Positions 56,895 through 64,000 of a stretch of 64,000 bases of DNA are shown piece after piece (within the stretch, counting starts at the first letter, position 1; each line of letters opens with the position of its first letter). Made by a program: the position numbers and the translations under genes. Origin of the DNA: Planctomycetota bacterium (GTDB lineage Bacteria; Planctomycetota; UBA1135; UBA2386); contig NYVR01000003.1 of NCBI GenBank assembly GCA_002684655.1, positions 22,974 through 86,973 of the forward strand, written 5' to 3'. The notes beneath the pieces are model-generated. The model was not told the origin of the DNA, did not search any database, and saw only the letters and a list, made by a program, of their open reading frames with translations.

Positions 56895-57383
56895 ATGCAA
56901 ACGCCACGACTTACATCACATCGCGCCTGCTATGTAACTGGCGTCCTGTTCTTTGTGGCGTTCCTGACAGGGTGCGGCGGCGGCTCTGGGTCCGCGCCGC
57001 CTGCGTTCACGTATCAAACATCCTTGGGAGCAGGGACTTCGATCCACGTTCAACTCAGCGACGGGACCCCCGTCGCCGGCGCCATCGTGCAGATCCAGGA
57101 TCATCTTCCGGAGCCGACCGGACAGGAGACGCGCGAGGAGCTGGAGACCGGCAAGCTCTACTTTCACGGCCAGACGAACGCGTTCGGCGTCGTGCGCGGT
57201 CTCTGTAAGTTCCCGGTGGATGTGACCACGTGCGACGTCCTGGTCACGAGCCCTGCCCATACGGGCCCTTATACCTTCGAGTCGCACCACGATTTTTGGG
57301 GCGCGACAGCGCCCTCGGCGCGCGTGCAGTTCCCGGTGACGTCCCAACTGAACGCGACGGTTGTCGTGGAGGCAAGGCAATGA
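56895..57383 (+). CDS. Small lipoprotein with Ig/CarboxypepD_reg-like beta-sandwich
   Basis: Lipobox FLTGC from ATG 56895. IHVQLSDGTPVAGAIVQIQD...GQTNAFGVVRG. Its stop overlaps the next start (ATGA, 57380-57383). Confidence 0.55.
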   Translation: MQTPRLTSHRACYVTGVLFFVAFLTGCGGGSGSAPPAFTYQTSLGAGTSIHVQLSDGTPVAGAIVQIQDHLPEPTGQETREELETGKLYFHGQTNAFGVVRGLCKFPVDVTTCDVLVTSPAHTGPYTFESHHDFWGATAPSARVQFPVTSQLNATVVVEARQ

Positions 57384-59176
57384 GAGCGTCCCATCGCTTC
57401 GCAGCAGCGCTGGTCGCGTTGAGCTCTGTCGGCATCGCGCAAGACTTCTGGGCCGGGGGCACCCCTGGCAACCGTCCATGGCAGCTCTGGGGTCTCGAGC
57501 AGCAGCTGTTCACCAGCTCGAATAACCAGGCCGCTCAACACGTGGCCAACGCCGACTTCTCGCCCAACCTGCTGGTGCAGCAGCCGACCTACATCGACTT
57601 GGTATGGATGCACGAGGGCGTTTCCAGCGCGAATCACTCGTTCGGCTACTTCACCTACACGGAGACGAACGGCAGCGTCGAGATCATCGATCGGCAGCTG
57701 ATGTTCCGCAGCGTCGACTGGGGTCCATCCAGCTGGACGTCGAGCGGCAACGGCCAGATGTTGTCGAACGCGGCCTACTACCTGCGTGACAGCAGCGGCG
57801 TCCGCCGCCTGTTCCAGCCCGGAGAGCGCGTCGGCTTCTTCTTGGTTTACGACGGTGGCGTGACGTGGGCGCCGCTTGGCCCATATGCCCCGATCTTCGA
57901 GTGGGGTGATCCGGCCCAGCCAGCGATCCCTTCGACAGACCCGGCGGTCAACGACCTGTTCGGACCTAGCGGCGGCGGGTGCTTAACGTCGCTCGTGCGG
58001 TTCAACCCTGGCGCGCAGCGACAGTTCGATAGCGAGGGCAACCTGCTCAACGCGATCGACTTTAAATACCTCGCGATGACGCACATCACGGACCCTCAGT
58101 ACCGCTTCCCGGACTGGCTGGGCGGCCGCGATTACTTCTACTGCGGGTTCGAGGACACCAAGTCGCCGAACAGCAGCATGGATTGGAACGAGTTCGTGTT
58201 TCAGGTGTCACCGACGGTCGCGGGGGCCTTGGACACAGCGTCCAACCATGGCTACGCGAACGATCCGGACACGGACGGCGACGGTGTCTTGGACATCAAC
58301 GACCACTACCCGAACGACCCCGACAGGGCGTTCCGCCGTCGAGAGCCGAACAGCGGCTACACGGTCATCGGCCTCGAAGACAATTATCCAGAGATCGGGG
58401 ACGCGGACTATAACGACGCGGTCGTCGCGTACGCGTTCGAGGTCGTGACCGACGCCGACAACCAGATCCGCGACACCTTGGGCATGTTCCACCTGATCGC
58501 GCGTGGCGCTGGCTACGACGCCTCGATGGGGATGAGGATCGCCGACCTACCGATCGCCACGACGGGGACGGTCACGCTGGAGCGCTTTGAATCGGGCTCC
58601 AACCTCGGCCTACCCCCGACTTCGGTGAGCATCGCAAGTCTTCCTTATGAAGTCGGTCGCCGCCTCGATGATATTTTCCCGTCGACGATGGCCGCGCTGC
58701 CGCCCGAGCCCGGTTCGTTCGCGACGAACACGCTCTCAAGTCAGATCGCGGTGGCGCCGGCGTCGTGCGCTGTGCGCTGGTCATTTGACCAACCGCTGGA
58801 CCCTGTCTCCATCGGCTTGGCCCCGTATGACCTCTACTTCATCGTGAAGCGCGGTACGTTCGAAGCCGACATCCACCGCCCCGGCTTCGCAGGCTTCGCC
58901 GAACGGCCGACGTGGTTGCCGGCAGAGGTCGGTCCCGCCAGCTTCCTCGACGAGAACGGCGCGCCCTGGGTGTTCGAGGTCAGCACCGGTTGGAAGTTCC
59001 CGCTGGAACAGGTCGACATCTCGAGCGTCTATTCGCGGTTCCAGCCCTGGGTGGCGTCGGCGGGGGCGTTGGACCCGGACTGGTTCTTGAACGTGACACA
59101 GGGTCAGCAGGCTAACGTCAGCGGGGACATCGCGACGATCGTAACGCCTCGACCCTGGAGCATCCTGGTTCGCTGA
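57380..59176 (+). CDS. Secreted DUF4114 plus LruC-domain protein with thrombospondin-type-3-like Ca-binding repeat
   Basis: Signal peptide MRASHRFAAALVALSSVGIAQ. SFGYFTY...GFFLVYDGG is DUF4114-like. DPDTDGDGVLDINDHYPNDPDRAF and GDADYNDAVVAYAFE are LruC-like. Confidence 0.65.
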   Translation: MRASHRFAAALVALSSVGIAQDFWAGGTPGNRPWQLWGLEQQLFTSSNNQAAQHVANADFSPNLLVQQPTYIDLVWMHEGVSSANHSFGYFTYTETNGSVEIIDRQLMFRSVDWGPSSWTSSGNGQMLSNAAYYLRDSSGVRRLFQPGERVGFFLVYDGGVTWAPLGPYAPIFEWGDPAQPAIPSTDPAVNDLFGPSGGGCLTSLVRFNPGAQRQFDSEGNLLNAIDFKYLAMTHITDPQYRFPDWLGGRDYFYCGFEDTKSPNSSMDWNEFVFQVSPTVAGALDTASNHGYANDPDTDGDGVLDINDHYPNDPDRAFRRREPNSGYTVIGLEDNYPEIGDADYNDAVVAYAFEVVTDADNQIRDTLGMFHLIARGAGYDASMGMRIADLPIATTGTVTLERFESGSNLGLPPTSVSIASLPYEVGRRLDDIFPSTMAALPPEPGSFATNTLSSQIAVAPASCAVRWSFDQPLDPVSIGLAPYDLYFIVKRGTFEADIHRPGFAGFAERPTWLPAEVGPASFLDENGAPWVFEVSTGWKFPLEQVDISSVYSRFQPWVASAGALDPDWFLNVTQGQQANVSGDIATIVTPRPWSILVR

Positions 59177-59228
59177 CGGACCCGCCTCCTCAGGTGCTGC
59201 CCGAGGAGAGAGTGATCCGCTCGCAGGA

Positions 59229-59993
59229 TTAGGCGCCGTCTTGGAGCAACCGCGCGACGAGGCGGCCGGTCTTTTCGGACGCTTCCCACATGGGGTAGTG
59301 TCCTGGCCCCTCGATTACGTGAAGTTGCGCGCCCTGGATCTGGTCGACGACCGCGTCCTGAACGAACGCTGGCGGGAGGAATGGATCCGAGGTCGCGATG
59401 ACGTGTGTCGGCGCCCGCACCTCCGTAAGCCGTTCTTCGAAGCCGCCGCGCGTCCACGCGTCGAGCGATTCCTTGGTCGCGGTGTCGTCCACAGCGGCGG
59501 CCAAGTCTAGGAGCTGTTCGCAGGCGTCGGCGTCGAGCTTCAGGGTCGCCATACTCAGGATCGTGCGCTGCAGCGCTCGGTCACCGGCCGAGCTGGCGAA
59601 CAACGCCTGCGCTTCCTCTGGGAGCTGCATACCACGAGCCGGGACAGAGTTGAGCAGGATCATCTTTGTCACTAGGTCTGGTCGCTCGGCCGCGACGAGC
59701 TGCGCGATGGCGCCGCCCATGCTGAACCCGACGAGTGAAGCGCCGCCTATATGCTCAAGGATCGCGATCACGTCCTGCGCGTAGTCCTCTAGGCGATAGC
59801 TACCAGGGGCGTCAGAGCGGCCAGCGCCGCGCAGATCGGGGACGAAGACTGTGGCTACGTCGGAGAGTTGGTCGAGGATCGGCGCGAACACACCGCCTGT
59901 GGTCATCCATCCGTGGATCAGCAGCGCTCTCTCTGCTGCATCACCGTGTTCGTCGACGTGTAGTTCAAGGACGTCGGAGACTCTGATCTTCAT
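59229..59993 (-). CDS. Alpha/beta hydrolase
   Basis: HGW oxyanion region and nucleophile elbow GFSMGG. 254 aa. Confidence 0.8.
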   Translation of the reverse strand: MKIRVSDVLELHVDEHGDAAERALLIHGWMTTGGVFAPILDQLSDVATVFVPDLRGAGRSDAPGSYRLEDYAQDVIAILEHIGGASLVGFSMGGAIAQLVAAERPDLVTKMILLNSVPARGMQLPEEAQALFASSAGDRALQRTILSMATLKLDADACEQLLDLAAAVDDTATKESLDAWTRGGFEERLTEVRAPTHVIATSDPFLPPAFVQDAVVDQIQGAQLHVIEGPGHYPMWEASEKTGRLVARLLQDGA

Positions 59994-60072
59994 TTCTAAG
60001 GTCCTGCTTCGTCATCCAGATAGAGATTCTTGAAGGGGTTGTTCTCGCGTTTGGACCGCGCGTCGCTGTTGT

Positions 60073-61830
60073 TCAATCCGATTCGAGCAGCTTGCTCACC
60101 GCTTCGGTAACGCTGCTCAGCGTGAAGGGCTTCTGCAGCAGCGGCGCACCTTCCGCGGCGCCGCGACGGACGACCTCGTCGTTGGCATATCCTGAGACAA
60201 ACAGCACTTTCACCGATGGCTTCACCTCTTGAACGTGCTTCGCCAGCTCTCCGCCGGTCATGCCCGGCATCACGACGTCGGTGACGAGCAGGTCGAGATC
60301 TAGACCTCCCTCTCTGACGTGATCGAGCGCCGCTTGCCCGTCTTCGGTGGCCACGACTGTATGTCCGGACGAGCGAAGCATCCGCACGAGGATGCGCCGG
60401 ACATCTGGGTTGTCTTCGGCGACAAGGATCGTCGCCTTGCGGTCGCGGGAGACAACTTGCTGCTCGGCCTCATCGGGTCGGTCGGTCTCCGCGCTGATAG
60501 GGAGGCGAACGCGGAACGTCGCGCCTTCTCCGATGGCGCTCTCCAGCGTGACGTCGCCGCCGCTCTGTCTCGCGATTCCATATACCGACGCCAAGCCCAG
60601 GCCGGTGCCCTTACCGACCTCTTTGGTCGTGAAGAAAGGGTCAAAGATATGGGCGGCCGTCTCCGCGTCGATGCCGACCCCGGTATCGGAGACCGCGAGC
60701 TGTGCCCACGGCTCCCCGTCGACGTCGACGTGTCCGGTGGTCAACGTCAGTCGACCGCCGAGCGGCATCGCGTCGCGGGCGTTTGTCGCCAGGTTCATCA
60801 GGACTTGCTCGAGTTGACCTGGGTCGGCTTTAACGAAGATCGGTTCGTGAGCGAAGGCGGTTTGCACATCGATGTCGGACCCGATCAGCCGCACAATCAT
60901 GTCCAGCGTGTCCTGAACGACGACGTTCAAATCGACGACCTGAACCTGCAGCACTTGTCTTCGAGAGAAGGCGAGCAGCTGTTGTGTGAGCTTGCTAGCA
61001 CGTTGCGCTGCGTGCTGGATCGCGTTGGCGGCTTCACGCGTGTCTTCCGGTGATCCGCCGCCGTCGAGCGTGTCGCTGTAGCCCATGATGACCGTCAACA
61101 GGTTGTTGAAGTCGTGCGCGATGCCGCCTGCGAGCCGACCTACCGCCTCAAGCTTCATCGCCTGTCGATACTGCGCCTCAAGCTGCTTGCGCTCTGTGAT
61201 GTCTTCGAGGATCGCCATCGCGCCGATCACTTCGCCTGAGGCGGAGTGGATAGGGGCTGTCGAGATGGCGATGTGGACTCTACGTCCGTCGCTGCGGTGA
61301 CGCTCTGCCTCGACGCCGTTGAAACCCTGGCCGTCAATGACGGTCTGGAAGAAGCCCTCGAAGCGCTCCCATTCGTCCTCTGGGACGAGCGGGTAGTGTC
61401 GACCAATGATATCGGTTGCTGGCCAACCGAAGATGCGCTCGCAGGCGGGGTTCCACATCGTGACCCGCATTTGCAGGTCGAGCGTTAGGATCGCCACCGG
61501 GGACGCGTTGACCAGCGGCTGAAGGATGCGGTCCTGATCTACGGTCAACGTGGGTCCCGATCCGACCGGCCTGACGACGTGTAGCGTTGCGCCTTCAGGC
61601 TGGTCGCTTCGTGAGATCTGCCACAACCGACCGTCTCGCTGAAAGGGTTCGGTCCGACCTAGGATCGTCGCGTCTTCGTCGAGCCATTCGAGCAAGGGCG
61701 CGCTCGCGAAGGTGCGCTGCCCCGACGAGTCGGTGTAGCACACGTAAACGTCGCCCTGTCCGAGCGCGCTGATCCAAGCCTCTGGGTTGGGACCCATCTC
61801 GCGAAAGCATAGCGTCCCCGTTACGCACAT
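60073..61830 (-). CDS. Hybrid sensor histidine kinase / response regulator with PAS domains
   Basis: PAS (MWNPACERIFGW), HisKA H-box (GGIAHDFNNLL), HATPase N/G boxes (NARDAM, GTGLGL), and a C-terminal REC (ILVAEDNP...DVVMPGMTG). The start is uncertain. Confidence 0.85.
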   Translation of the reverse strand: MCVTGTLCFREMGPNPEAWISALGQGDVYVCYTDSSGQRTFASAPLLEWLDEDATILGRTEPFQRDGRLWQISRSDQPEGATLHVVRPVGSGPTLTVDQDRILQPLVNASPVAILTLDLQMRVTMWNPACERIFGWPATDIIGRHYPLVPEDEWERFEGFFQTVIDGQGFNGVEAERHRSDGRRVHIAISTAPIHSASGEVIGAMAILEDITERKQLEAQYRQAMKLEAVGRLAGGIAHDFNNLLTVIMGYSDTLDGGGSPEDTREAANAIQHAAQRASKLTQQLLAFSRRQVLQVQVVDLNVVVQDTLDMIVRLIGSDIDVQTAFAHEPIFVKADPGQLEQVLMNLATNARDAMPLGGRLTLTTGHVDVDGEPWAQLAVSDTGVGIDAETAAHIFDPFFTTKEVGKGTGLGLASVYGIARQSGGDVTLESAIGEGATFRVRLPISAETDRPDEAEQQVVSRDRKATILVAEDNPDVRRILVRMLRSSGHTVVATEDGQAALDHVREGGLDLDLLVTDVVMPGMTGGELAKHVQEVKPSVKVLFVSGYANDEVVRRGAAEGAPLLQKPFTLSSVTEAVSKLLESD

Positions 61831-62252
61831 TTACGTATATCGGAGGCGCGCAGCGCGCCCGTTTTAGCTCGGCCAGTTCCTAACGGGTCCTGGTCGATGT
61901 TCGGGGCCGTGATCGGTTGACGTTCACGGCGGCTCTGCCAGTGGTCAATCTTCACGCTGAGTGACGAGCATCGCCTCGATCAAGGGCGGCATGCGGAGCC
62001 GCGCTGATGGCTCATGCTCTGTTGCTGGTCTGCTGTGTCGAAAGCGACGGCCGCCCTGTTCATTTTGGCAAGAAAGCATGAGTCAGCGCGCCCGTCGGGG
62101 GTCGTTGTTTGGACGCGTCTGGCATCTGGTGTGTGGGCCGCGAGGTGCGCGCGCGCCACCGTCAGAAAGCAGGCTGGGACACCGGCGTGCGGTGGCCGTC
62201 GCTTAGGCGCACGTTCGGTCCTGCGGCAGATATCGGAACGTCTTTAAATCTG

Positions 62253-62270
62253 ATACTTGCGTCAAAGTAT
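62253..62270. promoter_or_regulatory. Inverted repeat ATACTT-N6-AAGTAT in the AT-richer spacer upstream of the DUF1111 fragment
   Basis: Perfect 6+6 inverted repeat seen in the sequence. Function unknown. Confidence 0.2.
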
Positions 62271-62359
62271 GCCGTCGCGGTGCATGCGCTAAGTCCAGAG
62301 GCAAAGGTGCGCGCGGCGCCGGTTCGAAGCCTCTGTGGGCAAAGTCTGCTCCAACCATT

Positions 62360-63145
62360 TTGCTCTTTGGCCGGGTGCTGAGGAAGATTCCCACATGCAG
62401 GTCTCGCTCTTCTCCGTTCGGGGCACCGCTCTGTCTGCGCTTTGCAGATCCATGCGATTCTGACAACGACGGCGTCTCCGGGCGCGCGGCGATCACAGCT
62501 GCGCTCGGCACGAACCAGCCGCAGATCTGCCGCTTCAACTGGAAAGGGATCGCCAGCTCTATCGGCGACCAGATCGCCTATGCGCTTAATCGAGACGTGG
62601 GCGTGACGACGTCGAGGTTCCCGATCCTCGACGTAGCCTCTGCACCGAGCCCGGTTGAGGTGTCGGATTCAGAGCTTGATCATTTGGTTCACTACAACGG
62701 GTCGCTCGGCGTCAACGCGCGCAGGCGCCTACCCGATGCGGACGCCGCAGCCGGTGCGCAGCTGTTCAGTCAGATGGGGTGTGCGGCTTGCCACGTTTCC
62801 CATATGACCACGGGCTTAAGTCAACCTTGGGCCGAAGTGCGCAGCCCGACGATACGGCCATTCACGGACTTGCTGCTGCACGACATGGGCGCCGGCCTGG
62901 CCGATAACATGGCGGTCGCCGGATCCGGTGCGAGCGCGAGCGAGTGGCGCACGACGCCGCTCTGGGGCGTCGGCATCAGCGCTGGCATTGACGGCCGAGA
63001 GGGCTATCTGCACGACGGCCGCGCCGCGACGACGGAAGAGGCCATCTTATGGTATGGCGGCGAGGCTGAGACCGCGAAGCAGGCGTTCCGGACGAGCCCC
63101 GCGGCTGACCGCGTCAAGCTGATCGCTTTCCTCAGGTCGCTCTAA
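62360..63145 (+). CDS. DUF1111-type di-haem cytochrome c peroxidase-like protein, C-terminal half only (possibly truncated or pseudogene)
   Basis: DSDNDGVSGR, CRFNWKG (family has GRFGWKA), a single CAACH haem site, and EWRTTPLWGVG...GYLHDGRA...EAILWYGGEA. The usual N-terminal half with the first CxxCH is absent. Confidence 0.6.
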   Translation: MLFGRVLRKIPTCRSRSSPFGAPLCLRFADPCDSDNDGVSGRAAITAALGTNQPQICRFNWKGIASSIGDQIAYALNRDVGVTTSRFPILDVASAPSPVEVSDSELDHLVHYNGSLGVNARRRLPDADAAAGAQLFSQMGCAACHVSHMTTGLSQPWAEVRSPTIRPFTDLLLHDMGAGLADNMAVAGSGASASEWRTTPLWGVGISAGIDGREGYLHDGRAATTEEAILWYGGEAETAKQAFRTSPAADRVKLIAFLRSL

Positions 63146-63206
63146 CGGTGGCGGTCGCGGGCGTTGTTCCCACGGTGAGCGGTGCAGCCGGTATGCTGCA
63201 TTGCTC

Positions 63207-64000
63207 ATGAGGCACGTTGTTGCGACGATCCTGTTGTGCTGTGGACCTGTCGCAGCGCAGGCGCCCGCGAATTACTACAGCAGCGTAGTAACCACGTCTG
63301 GTCCGCTCCTGCGCGCGTCGCTGCACGACGTGATCGATGATCACACGCGGTATCCCTACACCTCTGGCGGCACCGACACGTGGGACATCCTAAAGATCGC
63401 GGACGAGGATCCGTCCAACAGCGGCAGGATCCTGGACATCTATCGCAACGCTTCTTACCCGAAGGCGACCGGCGGCAACCCCAACTACAACCGCGAGCAC
63501 CTCTGGCCCAACAGCTACGGCTTCCCATCAGACAGCGGCAGCAACTATCCGTACACGGACTGCCACAACTTGTTCCTTTGTGACATTGGCTACAACGGCC
63601 AGCGCGACCGAAAGCCGTTTGAAGCCGGCAACGCGTCCTGGGTGGAGCTCACGACGGTCAATAACCAGGGACAGGGCGGCGGCAGCGGTGTCTACCCAGG
63701 AAACTCGAACTGGCGGACCAGCAGCAACTCTCCGGGCGCGTTCGAGGTCTGGCCAGAAAGGCGCGGAGACGTCGCGCGGGCGTTGTTCTACATGGACGTC
63801 CGCTACGCAGGAGGAACGCACCAGAGCGGCGCCGCCGAGCCCGACCTGATCCTCACGGACAACGTCTCGCTGATCACGTCTAGCGCGACCGGGGGCAACC
63901 TGTCGGTGGCATACATGGGCAGACTGAGCACGCTGTTGCAGTGGCACGCCGCCGACCCGGTAGACGCGAGAGAGGTCGCGCGCAACGACGCGGTCTCCTC
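63207..64000 (+). CDS. Extracellular endonuclease I family nuclease (3' end outside the window)
   Basis: Absent from the ORF track because no stop is reached. My own translation from ATG 63207: MRHVVATILLCCGPVAAQAPANYYSS...YNREHLWPNSYGF...DCHNLFLCDIGYNGQRDRKPF...EVWPERRGDVARALFYMDVRY, matching Endonuclease_1 hallmarks (EH.WP, D.HhL.P.....N..R, RG.iAR..fYM). Confidence 0.8.
   Translation, partial: MRHVVATILLCCGPVAAQAPANYYSSVVTTSGPLLRASLHDVIDDHTRYPYTSGGTDTWDILKIADEDPSNSGRILDIYRNASYPKATGGNPNYNREHLWPNSYGFPSDSGSNYPYTDCHNLFLCDIGYNGQRDRKPFEAGNASWVELTTVNNQGQGGGSGVYPGNSNWRTSSNSPGAFEVWPERRGDVARALFYMDVRYAGGTHQSGAAEPDLILTDNVSLITSSATGGNLSVAYMGRLSTLLQWHAADPVDAREVARNDAVS

Overview
This is a GC-rich window (about 60-65% G+C by eye) from the chromosome of a diderm bacterium. 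The diderm call rests on gene content: LptD, KdsC/KdsD, a DUF481 barrel, lipoprotein barrels, TatA and LepB. I call 58 protein-coding genes. Two run off the window ends: gyrB at the 5' end, and an endonuclease I gene at the 3' end that the ORF track omits because it has no stop. By eye I found no rRNA, tRNA, CRISPR array, transposase, integrase or phage gene, so this looks like core chromosome with a few accessory patches rather than a classical island.

Genes are tightly packed and many are linked by 4-nt ATGA/GTGA/TTGA start-stop overlaps. Most of the long ORFs opposite real genes in the track are GC-driven shadow ORFs.

Main blocks:
- gyrB, a VOC protein, a stand-alone MshEN domain protein, tatA, ettA.
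- LPS string kdsD-kdsC-[993 aa]-lptD plus a DUF481 barrel.
- fmt-rsmB.
- lysC-lepB-CPBP protease-607 aa exported protein.
- A thiol block: Grx-like, ABC-2 exporter, gshA, gshB, gloB, bolA, grxD.
- pyrE followed by a NTP-transferase-like/nitroreductase fusion, then a second ABC-F gene.
- Two tandem lipoprotein barrel paralogs.
- pdxR-pdxS-pdxT.
- A patch of secreted and membrane proteins of unknown function.
- aroB-aroA::aroK-aroC and a fadB-like gene.
- A lipoprotein plus a DUF4114/LruC protein.
- A hybrid histidine kinase, a truncated DUF1111 protein, and endonuclease I.

I see no recognisable defence or mobile system. The candidates most worth follow-up as possibly undescribed biology:
1. 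A 993-aa membrane-anchored protein that sits in the lptC/lptA slot and is translationally coupled to kdsC and lptD.
2. A free-standing homolog of the archaeal ThrRS editing domain, with an unlisted 59-codon ORF just upstream.
3. An ABC-2 exporter embedded in the glutathione synthesis and Fe-S block.
4. A 0.8-kb gene-free region with a G10 tract and nested inverted repeats.
5. Tandem lipoprotein barrel paralogs.

All functional calls come from motif recognition by eye and need HMM or structure confirmation.
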